From NCBI RefSeq assembly GCF_964194155.1, contig NC_135893.1, positions 25,730,001 to 25,794,000 on the forward strand: 64,000 nucleotides of DNA, in the 5' to 3' direction. The stretch comes from Cetorhinus maximus (Eukaryota). A program made the position numbers and the translations under genes. Below, one piece after another: positions 48,743 through 61,589 of this stretch; the stretch's first letter is position 1; every line of letters begins with the position of its first letter. Under the pieces are notes generated by a model. That model was not told where the DNA came from. It saw only the letters and a list, made by a program, of their open reading frames with translations, and did not search any database.

Positions 48743-49961
48743 ACCGGACAGTGTGACTGGCTGCACAAAGTTCTTCCACAAAAGGGCCTCAGTTCATGAG
48801 ATTTAAATCTCCTCTTGCTGATGGCTGGAACACATCTGCACATGTTTCCTTTTTGGCAGTTTAACCTGTGAAGTCCTCTCCTGGATGTGGTGCCTCTTTT
48901 TGGGGGGGTCTCATCAGGGGCTGGGTGCCTTTTGGTACGTGGTAATTCTTTGTGTGTGAGACGAGATGGTGAGTGTCAGCAGGTCACTCAAGTGCTACAG
49001 CCCAGCCCAAGTTTCCGATGTTGCAGCTAACAGTAGCCCCTGCCCCTGCCCTCAGCCCAGACTGTGGGTCAAACCTGGGGCCTTGATAGGCTCTTTGGCA
49101 TCAGTCCCACGGAATGGACTCGGTTCAGTCGCCCAGTTACACACTGTGGTGTCCATCTTGGCTTTGATCCATTCCATGTCTGTGCTGGTGCTCCAGTGCA
49201 ATGCTGAGGGAGTTCTGTACCGTCTTTCAGAGGAGGCATTAAACATTGTCCCCATCTGCCCTCTCAGGTGGGTGTAACAGATCCCGTAGCCAGAAGAACA
49301 GGGGCGTTCTCCCCAGTGCCCTGGCCAACATTCATCCCTCAATCAACATCCGAAAAACAGGGTTACCTGGTCATTCTCTCACTGCTGTGTGTGCGAGTTT
49401 GCTGTGCACATTTTGGCTGCTGTTTCCAACATTACAACAGGGGCTACATTTCAGAATTATTTAATTAGCCGTTAAATAATTTGGGATCACCTGAGGTTGT
49501 AATGGCGCTACACAAATGCAAATCATTTATTCTTTCGCTTTTCGATAGACTGAGCCTTTTGGGGAAAGATGGTGAATCTGGAGGAAACACTCATGAGATT
49601 CCTGGAGGCTTGTGGAATGTCGTGGGCTCCATTGTTGGATAAAAATTGTTCAGACACATAAGTAAATGGACTGTAGTAACCCCTACAGTGTTTATCAGCC
49701 TGCCCCATTCCACCCAATCGCATTGGTTTCTTACCCACCTGGCGAGTTAGGTTAAAATTGCTCCCCTTAAGTGTCAGCAGTGGAACTAAGCCTGGTCCAG
49801 TTGTTTGCTTCTTGGCAATGGTTACTGGGTGGGGTCAAGAATGGGGAAGCTGGCTCTCTGTAGAGGAAGGGGGTTGGGGAGGGAGCAATGAGTCCACAAG
49901 GTGAGACTCAAATAACCTCACACAAAATCACAAGGCCTGATATTAAGGACGGGGCAGGTGG

Positions 49962-49974
49962 GGGTCAGGGGTCA
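49962..49974 (+). promoter_or_regulatory. DR1 nuclear receptor element
   Basis: GGGTCA-G-GGGTCA. Confidence 0.4.
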
Positions 49975-50494
49975 CCTTTGCTACTTACAACTTGAGGCGT
50001 TAAACTGAGGTCTCGCCTACTCTCTCAGGCGGATGTTAAAGATATTAATGACACACTATTTTGAAGTTGAGCAGGGGAGCTATCCCTGGTGTCCGGGCCA
50101 ATATTTAACCCTCAATCAACGTCACAAAAAACAGTAACTGATATTATCACACTGCTGATTGTAGGAGCTTGCTGTGTGCAAATTGGCTGCCACGTTTCCT
50201 ACATTATAACAGCTAGTACACTTCAGAAGTACCTCATTGACTGTAAAGTGCTCAGAATGCCGTGATGTCGGGAAAGGCGCTATATAATTGCAAGTCTGTA
50301 CAATTGTACCAATTTATTTGCAGCTCAAAACTCTGTAGTTAGGGTGTTAAGATTCACGACAGATCGAAAGCTCACTTCTCTGATCACAACGCATGACTCA
50401 CACTGCAATGATAATCAGGTTTATGCTGCAACATGTTTTAACATGAAATAACACACTCTGATTTTGCAAGCTTCCTGTGGGACTCACCAGTTTC

Positions 50495-50507
50495 TGACCT
50501 TTGACCC
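50495..50507 (-). promoter_or_regulatory. DR1 nuclear receptor element
   Basis: Minus strand GGGTCA-A-AGGTCA. Confidence 0.5.
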
Positions 50508-50797
50508 ATATTCTCAAATGCATGTCTGATTCATCTTGAAGTGGTGAAATAATTTGTAAAAGTTTACAAGTTCTGTAGTGTGGTTGTGTACTAGAAGCTC
50601 CTGGAAAAGAGGTCATGGTGTGTTGGTGGAGGAGGGTGGAGTTGGAGTTGGTGCACAGACACGATTGCCAACAAGTGCTGCCATGTTGCTCTGCAAAGCT
50701 GGCCAGAGTCTAGACACTTCCTCATAGCGAAGGAGAACTGAGAAAGACAGGATGGGAGACAGAGACAAAGAAACACTGCGAGAGAGAACTGTGCAGG

Positions 50798-51196
50798 NNN
50801 NNNNNNNNNNNNNNNNNNNNNNNNNNNNNNNNNNNNNNNNNNNNNNNNNNNNNNNNNNNNNNNNNNNNNNNNNNNNNNNNNNNNNNNNNNNNNNNNNNNN
50901 NNNNNNNNNNNNNNNNNNNNNNNNNNNNNNNNNNNNNNNNNNNNNNNNNNNNNNNNNNNNNNNNNNNNNNNNNNNNNNNNNNNNNNNNNNNNNNNNNNNN
51001 NNNNNNNNNNNNNNNNNNNNNNNNNNNNNNNNNNNNNNNNNNNNNNNNNNNNNNNNNNNNNNNNNNNNNNNNNNNNNNNNNNNNNNNNNNNNNNNNNNNN
51101 NNNNNNNNNNNNNNNNNNNNNNNNNNNNNNNNNNNNNNNNNNNNNNNNNNNNNNNNNNNNNNNNNNNNNNNNNNNNNNNNNNNNNNNNNNNNNNNN
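50798..51196. other. assembly gap (N run)
   Basis: Run of N; distances across it are uncertain. Confidence 1.
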
Positions 51197-52855
51197 ACAC
51201 ACACAGATAGCACTGGGCTGCTCTAATGATCCCTCTAGTGGTCACTTGCAACTTCAATCAAAACCTGCCAGGATCTTGCTGTCTCAGCCATATTCAGCAA
51301 GATGATGGGAAGGTGATTGGAGGGAGAGAGGAGGGGGAGGAGTGGGTGGCCGGGGGGTGGAGGTACTGGTTTTACAAGCTAAACTAGCTGCTCTGAGTTG
51401 TGACACATGGAGCACACGGTGTGGACGAGGAGCTGCGAGTGTCCCTTCTTTAAAAGCCTGCGAGCGAGCAACAGCAGTGACACAATAACCCAGGAGCGGA
51501 CAGAACATTACGCTGCAGCCAACTGCACACTCCACATGTCTTGGGGAAGGCCTGTGTTACATTCTTGCTGTGCTCTAACTGAAAGCACAAGATTGGTACC
51601 TATCGTGGTACTGAGGGCCAGGCCACCTAAACTGTCAATGGCAGTGCCCAGCAGGCTGGCAACAGGAAGCTGGTTGGCTGGACCTTTGGGTAATACCCTG
51701 CCATTCATTAACCATTTGAGCGTCTCTGGACATGCTTATTCCCAGCAACGTAAGAGTCTTTAAAATTTTCCCCTTTGTTTTCAAGTCCCTCCATGGTCTC
51801 ATCCCTCCGTATCTCCGTAACCCCCTCTTCAGCCATTACAACTCCCCAAGATCTCTGCGCTCCTCCAGTTCTGACTTCTTGATCATCCTCCATTTTAATC
51901 GCTCCACCACTGGTGGCCTTGCCTTTGGCTGCCTGGAAGCTAAGCTCCGGAATTCCCTCTCCACCTCTCTCTCCTCAAACCTCTTTGACCAAGCTTTTGG
52001 TCATCTGTCTTGATACCTCTTTATGTGGCTCAGTGTCAAATTTGGTTTACCAACGCTTGTGTGGAGCGCTTTGGAACGTTTTGCCACATTAAAGGTGCTA
52101 TACAAATGCAAATTGTTGTGACATAGATCACATACTGCTTCCAATCGACAATATCTGAAATTTATTTTCTGGATCCTCAGGTGCAATTACACGATTTTGA
52201 CACGTCACCGTGTTGCTCGTATGTGGCATCACTACGAAAAATATGCTACCTGGTTTCTCTCTCCTCAAGTATGAGGGTGATGTCTCTTTAATTAAAGGAT
52301 CAGGCATCCCCCTGATTGCAAATTGCTGAAAGTACCTTCATTAATTATTTTTTTAAAAAATAAAGAAGTTGCCCGAATATCTATTATTTTAAACAGGTGA
52401 TATGTAGTCCATCTTGCAGTCGAGAAATGTCATTGGCTGTGTATGAAAAGCCTCCTGAGAGGTCGTGAAAGGCGCTATATGAATGCAAGTTAATGCCCTC
52501 TTATCTTTCAGCCTCCTGATTGTTATATTTAATGTCAGTCGAGCACCCTAAGAGCTCGCTGGGGCAGGAGAAAGCTGTGCAAGTCCTTGTGGAGGAGGCG
52601 GGGGGAGAAGCCAGATCTGGGAGCAGGCGAACGGTGTGTCTGTGCGGAGAGTTGGAGGAGGGAGAAGAGGGGAGGGAGAGCCAGCCTGCAGCTCTGGTGC
52701 AGAGGCTGGCGTGTTGCCGCTGACTACAGGGGGAGGAGGAGCAGGAGGGGTGGTGGTGGGGGTGTGGGTTCAGGACTCGGCTTCACACAGTAGTACCGAG
52801 CGGATCAGCTCCCTCCCGACACTTAGACTCGTCAATCAGGATTAATGGACTGCTG

Positions 52856-52863
52856 TATAAAAA
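52856..52863 (+). promoter_or_regulatory. candidate TATA box in the GC-rich DHRS3 promoter
   Basis: TATAAAAA downstream of a GC/CpG-enriched stretch (52550-52830), about 430 bp before the ATG. Confidence 0.4.
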
Positions 52864-53283
52864 CTCACTGCGGCTTTCCGAACACACACACAAACGCTTC
52901 CAGCTCTTTTATTGATATGTATGTTTCTGTGGCTGACCGGCCTTTGCAGCGATTAACCTTTGGGTGATCCCGGACAGAGAGCAGAAGAAAGAAATAAAAT
53001 GTTGGAAAAATCCATGGCTTTTTTTAAAAAAAAAGAACCAAGTGAAATTGACTGAACAGGAGGTGCTCAGCCTGTGAAATTGACACGCTCTTAAAGGGAG
53101 GTGTGTGGTGGTGGGGGGGGGGAAAGGACAAAAAAAAAAGTTATTTTTGGGTCCAAACTTTTTTTTCTGCTGCTAAACTTTTTTTCTGCTACAGAGGATC
53201 GGGTGCAGTTCCTTTTTTTTTCCTGTGTGTGTGTGTGTATGTGTGTGTTGTTGTTGTTGTTGTTGTTTAGGATGAGCCCAGAG

Positions 53284-53481
53284 ATGGAGTGGAGAAGTTT
53301 GGCTTCGCTGCTGCTGCTTTTCCCGGTGCAAATGGTTTTTTACGTGGTGAAAGCCGCCGTGTTGCTGCTGCTGCCGACCAGGCTGCGGGGGCTGAGCCGG
53401 GACACTGTCCTCATCACCGGGGGAGGCAGAGGCATTGGTCGCCACCTGGCCCGGGAGTTCGCCAAGCAAGGGGCGAGGAAG
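53284..53481 (+). CDS. DHRS3: DHRS3 (retinaldehyde reductase, SDR16C1) coding exon 1
   Basis: [66 protein letters not shown] then GTGAGT; TGxxxGxG Rossmann motif; close to the recalled human DHRS3 N-terminus. An in-frame upstream ATG at 53272 is an alternative start. Exon 2 was not found in the window. Confidence 0.95.
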
Positions 53482-56400
53482 GTGAGTCTCTCTCTGAATG
53501 TAAGGTTGCATTGCACAGTTTGTATTTTAAAATGTGTGATTATTATTTTTATTTTTTTTTTTTTGCAAATGCGTTTTTTATTTTTGGTGGGGGGTGTGTG
53601 GGGGTGCGGGTGTGGACTAACCCAGCAAAGTGATGGGGATTCAGGCAATAACGTTTCAATTCTGCTCACGGATTGTGTGTGGGGGGAGAGAGAGAGAGGC
53701 TGGCCCTGCAGTTTGCAGAAATGTATTTGCAGTCGCCTCCGGAAGGGCTTTTTTTTTTGGGGTATTTTGAATCTTTTAAATAATTGCAATGTCCCCGACA
53801 CTGAGGGACAGAGAAATAGGGTCTGATTAAAGCCTCCCCCCCACCCCCTCCATTAGTATGTTTACTGGTTATAGTCTGTCAAAGGGAGATTGAACCTGCA
53901 GCAGTGCAGATGTGTGTCAGAGTTTCCAGACCTGCTGTATGGAACACGAGATTGTGCTGGGCTTTAACCTTCAGTTTACTGTTCTGCACCTTCAGGATTT
54001 TGCCTGCCGAGTTGCTGCTGTCCCTAAATACCAGCCCTGCTAATAGGCGCATCGTTCATGGTTGGCGAAATCTGGGCATATTTAATTGCAGGAAAAGTGC
54101 GGATTTCTCTGCGTGTTTTGATGGGGTTTTTTTTTAGCAGCGAGAACACTGCAGTGTGTCCCCTGATGTGTCTCAACACTAGCAGCTTGTGTTAAACCTG
54201 GGTGCAGTTAGCTCCATAGGATACAATTGACTGCTGAAATAATTTAGTCATTAAATGTCCTGCTCAAGTATTTTGTTCCAGAACCAATGATACTAAAATG
54301 CCTCAAGGGGCGAAATGCACCACCGGTTGAGGAGTAGGAACCCCCTACCCCCTCCTCCGGCTTTATTCCCAGGCTCTGAGCCGAGTTTGGTGCCGTCTCA
54401 GTTGAGATCTCAGTGTAAGAGCTGCAGGCAGCTTCTGGGTTAAAGGAAGACGGAAGCAGCCAGGCTGTGGTTACCCCGCCTGCTGGTTACACTCTGAGCC
54501 CCGCTGAAGGGAGAGTGCGGTTGGACATAGGGTGAGTCAAGATTAGACTTGGATCTGCTGCCTCTCACCAGACCCAGGGAGCCTGTGTACTCACAGTTTG
54601 CACACACACACACGGAAAATGGGAGGCTAAGTCAGCACAATGTCATGTCCTCAGGGGAAGAGGCAAGAAATTGACCCACTGAATAAAACTGACCTGGTGT
54701 GAGGTTTTTGATAGGATCAGGAGGAGGTCATTCAGCCCCTCTAGTCTGTTCAACCTTTGACTTTGATAAGACCTGTACTTCAACTCCATTGACCTGCCAT
54801 GATTCTGTAAACCCTTTCCCAACAAAAATCTAGCAGTCCCAAGTTTGAAATTTCTACGTATAGCCTCATTTTCGGTGGTGATTTCCACTCCCCTTTGCAT
54901 AAATATCCTGCCCTCACTCCTGAATGGCTGAGCTTTAATACGAAGGGTATACCCCCTTTGGCGGAGTGAATGCAGAACGCAGGAAATAGATTATTTGTCT
55001 TTAAGAACCCAAGCAATAGGCGGATCACTATCCAATTATATAATGCCGATGTACCCCATGATGTGGAAAGTAAAATAATCCTGACAGGAAGAAAGCGGAG
55101 ATTGTGACATAGGCGTTACACACTGTTCAGGGCGGGGGGGCAGCCCTGAAAACTTACTTCACTGCGAGTACCTGTTGGATAAATGTCTCAATTGTAATCG
55201 GCTAATTATAAAGCCAAAGTGCGCTTTGCTAATCAGCCTGGGTGCTCTCTAGTGCTGAGAATGTTGAACTACATCTCTGGTCGTGGAGCAGTCCAATTAG
55301 ATGAAGCACCAGAGGGGTGCCTGCTCCCTCAGGCTCCCTCCCCGTAACCCCAGCTGAGTCCCTGTCATTAGAGGGTTGATTAGTAGAGCTTCCTCTGACA
55401 GTTAGATTAATCCAGTGACCAATTGACAAGCAGAACAACGTTAAACCGAGGCCTCAGCTTCCTACTCGAGTGGATGTAAAAGATCCCATGGCACTTTCGA
55501 AGATGAGCAGGGAACTTATCCCCAGTGTCCTGGCCAATATTTATCCCCCAATCGGCATCAGAGAAACAGGTTGGTTATCTGGCCATTAGCATGTTTGTGG
55601 GAGCTTGCTGTGTGCAAACTGCTACATTTCCTCTATTGTAACAGTGACACTTCAGAATCCCAGGATCTCACAGTGCAGAAGAGGCCCTTCGGCCCATCGA
55701 GTCTGCACCGACACGTGAGAAATACCTGACCTACCTACCTAATCCCATTTACCAGCACTTGGCCCATAGCCTTGAATGTTATGACCTGCCAAGTGCTCAT
55801 CCAGTACATCAAAAGTATTTTATTGGCAGTAAAGCATTTTGAGACATCCAATGGTATGAAAAGCGCTACATAATTGCAAGTCCTTCTACTTCGATATCAC
55901 CCATAAAATATTGACTTGATTTCAGTATTGAAACCAAAGGTTGGAATTAATTGAAGGGGGTTTGACTCATAGACAGAATATCCCAGAAGTGATTTGTAAG
56001 CTGGTATCTAAATGAGGAAACTTGTTCTGTCCGTTTAAATGAAACTCTGGATTTAAGTTATGCCTTACTTTCATTCAAGCAGCGAATTACTCTCTAAACT
56101 ATGTAGGACCTGGAGATACACAGTAGATGGTGTGCTCCTCAAAGTTGGTTTTGCAACAGTTGCAGTTGTGAAGCTGCAACTTGCAGCTTACCCGCCTGGC
56201 TCCAAAATGCCAGTCTGATGTCTGATTTGCCTGACGTGTGCCAGGGCACAAGTCCCTGTGAACCAGCTCCTCCCCAGCTGGACAGCCAGTATCTCAAGGT
56301 AAATTAGGCAGAATTTGCATCAGCGCAGATGAACCCATGTTGAATAGCTCATTAACACTCACTCTGCAGTACATAAAGACTGGACATTTGGAATGAATGT

Positions 56401-56849
56401 GTTCAGCACCTGCAAAACTGCACTGCAGTACAGGGGGCCATCTGCACCATTCCCAGCACAGGGAAACCCCAGAAAGTGTTCCCTTCCTTCCCTCCCCTGC
56501 CACCAAATGTAAAAGCAGAGACAATGGGGAAAGAAAATGGCTTGCTGACCCTACAAAGCTGCCTAGTTGTTTCTGTTACAAGTGGGTTTAGATGTCAATC
56601 CTGCCTGAGGTGTTCCCGGATGTTTTGGTGTGTGGCTCAGGTACCCCACCAAAGTGACCTGTACCCATTCAGCATCGATTAACCGGCTTTATCCAGGTTT
56701 GGGTTACCAGCATCATTGAGGACATGTTGGGTATGCAGTAATCTCACAGCAATGGAACATAGTGAGCAGGACTCTGGGGGCAACCTTTACTGTAACAGAA
56801 CCAGTTACCAACAACTGGGACTGGTTTACTTATCAGAACTAATATATGT

Positions 56850-57125
56850 GAGGAGGTCTTGTGGTGCAGTGGTAGTGTCCTTATCTCTGGATTAGAAACT
56901 CTTGGTTCAAGTCCCACTCCGGGACTTGATGGCCATGGAAGGTGTATTCATAATGTGGCCAAACAGATTGATTATCAGCCTGTAAACCCTTCCAACACGC
57001 CTGATGGCAGGCCATAAGTCTGGAAGAATTTCCTGGTCAGCCATACTGCAGAAAGCAATGGCAGTACTCCAGTGGAAGTCCATGGCTATCAATATACCCT
57101 CTTAGGCATGGTACCTGAAGGAGGA
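56850..57125 (+). mobile_element. tRNA-derived SINE with RTE-like tail
   Basis: A box TGGTGCAGTGG, B box GGTTCAAGTCCC, tail GCAATGGCAGTACTCCAGT...CCATGG. Confidence 0.55.
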
Positions 57126-59327
57126 GGCACAACTATTATGTATATGGGCAACTGCTCTCACATGAGGCAGCCAACATTACTTGGTGAGTCAGTGGGTTAA
57201 CATGTTGCCCAATGTGGTGCTGAGATGTACATGGCAGGAAAGTCCCAAATTCTGACATAGATTTTGTGCCGAATCAGTGTATCTCCCTTCCGGTCCCTGA
57301 ATTTTCCTCTGTGCCCCTGGACAGCAGAAGGAAATTGGCCTGGGTTCCTGCTTATGATTGCTAGGCCCGTGACTCCTCCTAGCAAACATGGATATCGAGC
57401 TAGACTCTTGTGCCTTTTGTGGCCGAATAGCCTTCTGGTAGCTAACTACTTAGACTTACAGAAGGCTCCCATTAAGGACCAAATAGAGATGCTCTGCATC
57501 AAATTGATCTGCAGAAGTTGGTCATCATACTTGCAAGTGAACATCTTCATACAGCCTTTGAAATCCAAGCCATGAGGAGCATTTTGATTTGTGTACAGGA
57601 ATTTGGGTTTGTAGTGTGAATCTGCATAGGGGCAAAAACGTTTGTTTTGGTTGTGAGGGAGTGAGACATTTCCAATTAAAGTGTCAGCTGGAGGAATATA
57701 AATTGCCTGGAAGTGATGTGAAGTTTAAATACTTGAGACTGGTCTTGGAAGCATCCAGCTGTCTGCAGAAGTCAGTGGACACTGGAGCTCCTCTCCACAG
57801 CTAAATTGTTTTTTTTAAGAAAATGTATTCATTCATGGGATGTGTGGGCATCGCTGGTAAGACCATCATTTATTGCCCTTGAGAAGGTGGTTTTGAAGCA
57901 CTGGGCAGGTACTCCTGCAGTGTTGTTAAAGAGGGAGTTTCAGGAAATGTTACCTGGTGATGATGAACAGTGATGTGTTTCTAAGTCAGAATGGTGAGCT
58001 GGCAGGGGACTGCCCCACTTCTCTACATAACTTAACAACTATTTTGACTGCACTTTTCCTAAAATGTGTATTGTTTTGCACCAGGTTTACTCTCACCCCC
58101 AACCCCTTCTTCGTCCTCCTCATCTTCTGTCTCTTGGTGTTGGTAAGAACACAGGAGCTAAAAGCCCTAGGAGCCCCTGCGGAGTGGCCATTAATCACAT
58201 GTGCACCCGGGACAATGGACTCTGGATTTTGCAATCCACGCTGCCTCAATAACTTTAACTGTTGACCTTGGCGTTAAAATAACACAGATAGGAAAACAGC
58301 AGCTGTTCAGCCAATGGAGGAATCACAGCTAAGTCTGATCTTGACCTACATCCCTGCACCCTCCTCTTCAGTCAGGGTTACTTCAGGAGGGGGAGTTATG
58401 GCAGATTTTGTTTTTTTTCCCTCTATTTTATTTGGGAGATCGAGTACGGTTTCCCAACTGTTTTACTGGCCAAGATCAGCTAACTAGGTGCAGAACATTT
58501 CTTTCTCCCCCCGCCCCCCACCCCCTACAATGATGATGTAGAGAGTAGGTTCTGGCACTGGCAACAATTTGCATGTATATAGCACCTCCTAATTTAGTAA
58601 ACGACCCTAAGGCGCTTCACAGAAGCGTTGTAAACCTAAGTTTGGGATCAAACTGCTTAAAAATATGAGGACTTGGTGACCAAGACCTTGGCCAGATTTT
58701 AAGACGCCTCTTAAAGGAGGAGAGGGAAGCAGCGAGGCAGATTTGTTGAGGGAGAGAATTCCAAAGTTTGGAGCCTAGGCAGCTGAAGATTTGCTGCCAG
58801 TGGTCGGTCGAGTGATTAAAATCAACCAGAATTATAAGGACCAGACGGGTTGTTTCTATTCTGGATCTCTGCTGGCTCTGTTAGATCATGGATTTGGGGT
58901 GGGGGGCGCCTGGCAGGTGCTGAAATTGGGAGGGTTAAAAACAGGAATCAGTTTGACACAGTCAATTGCATGAAAACCCAAATCCTGACTTTGCATAATT
59001 CATTCATTTAAAGAAGCCGTCTTTCTCCTAAATTGACTTTGAATTGTTCTTAATACTGCCATCTGTCTTGCTCTCCTGCACTCATTTGCTTTCTTGTCTT
59101 TTACCTTTTGTTTCACCCTCTCTTGCTCTAAACTCTTCTCTTGCTCTTTTTGGCCTTTCTCTGGCTTTAATTGCTCTGTCTTTTTGTTCTGTATGTGTGT
59201 GTGTGTGTGTGTGTGTCTTTTTTTGCTTCATCTTGCCCCCCCTTCTATTTTTGTCCTATGTTTTAAAACGCTTCCGAGTTTCTCTAGAATGACTGGAGGA
59301 GCACCTTGTAGTTTAGTCACAGCCTTG

Positions 59328-59344
59328 GGTTCAACAGCAGGTCA
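59328..59344 (+). promoter_or_regulatory. DR5 retinoic acid response element
   Basis: GGTTCA-acagc-AGGTCA, a perfect RGKTCA-n5-RGKTCA match in DHRS3 intron 1. Confidence 0.7.
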
Positions 59345-60725
59345 GCCGAGTGCTGATGATGTCATTAATCTTGTTTACCACTTTTGGAAAAGGAAACGCA
59401 GGTCCAGCAGGCACAGGAGGGGTGGTGGGCGGACAGGGGGAACAAGCGAATGAGGGGGGCTGTGGGGGGTAAGCAGGTTGCAGCCAGTGGCCAGTTCCAC
59501 CCTCATTCAGACCTCCCTCTCTGTTGGCAGAACCTCATCGGTCCCTTCCTTAGAGACACAAGCAGAAACCCCATTGGCTTAGCCCACAGATTTTTTTAAT
59601 ATTTGATATGATCAGTTAAACGAGAGATGCGAGGCATTTTGTAAATAGACTTGACCTGAAGGAGGACAGCTGGTTTTACAGTTTACTGGAGGTGTTGGAC
59701 CTTGACAATACTGGGTTATTGAGCCAGAAAAGTCAGCTGAGGCAGAGGATATTTTAAGGTGTCACTGTATGTTGCAGAAGCACTTTGTCGTCTGTCTTTT
59801 GTGATTGTATATTTTTAACGGAAGAGCTATGTATTCATGATAAGGTAATTTTAGAATTCCAGTAAATCTGAATGCTGCCAGTGGAATACCCCAAGTGCTA
59901 GCTCTTCCCAAGGATCCACAGACCCCAGCCGACCTTTGGCACCTCACTGGGGGTGGACATTCCTTATGTCTGATCCTGGGTCTTAGAAATTGGAAGGCTA
60001 TTTGACTGCGTTGGACCTCACCACCGAACGTGGTCCTTTGTAGGCTGAATGTTTACCCATGGCAGATGCACTTTCTGGAATGGGGTCAAGGAATAGCATT
60101 CAGGAGTTAGGCACGCAGGCAGATTCCCTTTCTTACACTCAGAATCCTGAAACCAATTGTAAACATCTCACCTGTGATCCTGACTGTGATATCAGCTGAT
60201 TCACAGGGACCAGCCTCACAACCTCTCCCTCTGCTTGGATCAATGCCACACTGGGCAATTGGATTTACCGAAACAGAGGGTGTGAGGTGAGACAAGGTAA
60301 TCTAATTAATCATTGCCTCCTTGTAAGGGACTATCTATTGTTTTCCTTTCACAATGGTTAGTTATTCTTTTGCTTAATTTTCTTCCCCGGCTTCAAAATT
60401 AAAATAGATCCTTCATATGTGATTATCTATTAAACGTTATATTCAAACTGTTTTTGTGACTGTACCCAAGTTCAGGCCTATGCCCAGGATAACAACTCTG
60501 GAGCTCTTCCTAGGCTGCATTTGAACTAAATATTCAAAACGAATCCCTTTTTATATTCTCATTCTGTGTATATACATACACACACACTCAACAGTCCAAA
60601 AGCAATAACACTGCTTTTCCCAGTATTGACCATGTTATCCATTGTATTACTTTTGGGGATGGGGGAATGTGGGGGTCTGGGAGGGAGACAGAAGGGTGCA
60701 GTCTAACGCTGCTCTGTGTTGGAGA

Positions 60726-60742
60726 TGACCTCTGATTGACCC
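60726..60742 (-). promoter_or_regulatory. DR5 retinoic acid response element
   Basis: Minus strand GGGTCA-atcag-AGGTCA (perfect); an imperfect DR5, GGTTCA-gacag-GAGTCA, lies at 60772-60788. Confidence 0.7.
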
Positions 60743-61589
60743 TGGCTCATTGCTAACAGGCTTGGCCATGGTGACTCCTGTCTGAACCCTTCATCCCCTT
60801 GCACAGATAACCGGCTGAAACTCCTGCACTTGATTACAGCAAATCACAATGAGGCTTCACCGCAAAGCTTTATTCTGGTGTTTTTTTTCTCCTTATCTCG
60901 TTCACTTGTGTTCTCTTGCTCTCGCGTTCCTCTTGATGGCTGGTGGTGTTCCCTCTCTTCTCCTCGTTTACAGTGAATCTGTGAATGGAGCTTGTCATCC
61001 TGTCCACAGCTCATTTTGTGTGCTGTATTGGGAATGGGTTAAGAAAAAATCATTCAAAAATAAATCACCGTGGATGTAGAATTGCTGTACCCACAGGTGG
61101 GCACAGACTGGCATCTGACTGTTCAGTTGCTGGGCATTGTTGCACTTATAGCTATGAGGCGAATTTTTAAATGCGGGTGAATTTGCTCATTAAAGGGCAT
61201 CAGCTGTTTCCCCACTAATTGCGTTGTGAGGCTTTTAGTGGTATAACAGGCAACTATTGACTGCTTATCCTCTCACATGAGAGTGGCTCCTTTGCAGGAC
61301 ATTTTAGAAAGGTACTGCTGCACTGTCCCTTGGGTACTTAATTCTGTTGCCTTTTTAGTGACTGAGAGCACTCCACCACCATTGTGAACGTTGGTGGATT
61401 GACTCTGTCTGCATGGGCCTTCAAAGGGAAAGAAGGCTGGACTGTCTTGAGCTGAGTGTGATGTGGAAACCTTGTACATCATTCGGCCCCGCCTCCTGAC
61501 CGATCATTTGCGGGACCTGGTTGTCTCCCTGGAGTGTTTGCAAGTATTCCTGGGAATACCGTGCTGAGTCAGGTGGACAGAAAAGCGAC

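Noticed and set aside
46574-48843. Three 700+ aa His/Ser/Thr/Pro-rich ORFs
   Set aside because: By-product of a minisatellite lacking stop codons on one strand; all frames are equally open and start at non-ATG or out-of-context codons.
50591-51257. ORFs spanning the N run
   Set aside because: Artefacts of the assembly gap.
53101-53826. 241-aa ORF over DHRS3 exon 1
   Set aside because: Read-through of UTR and intron; similarity stops at the GTGAGT donor after 53481.
54714-54730. Imperfect DR5 GGATCA-n5-AGGTCA
   Set aside because: Mismatched half-site inside a CR1-like 3' fragment.
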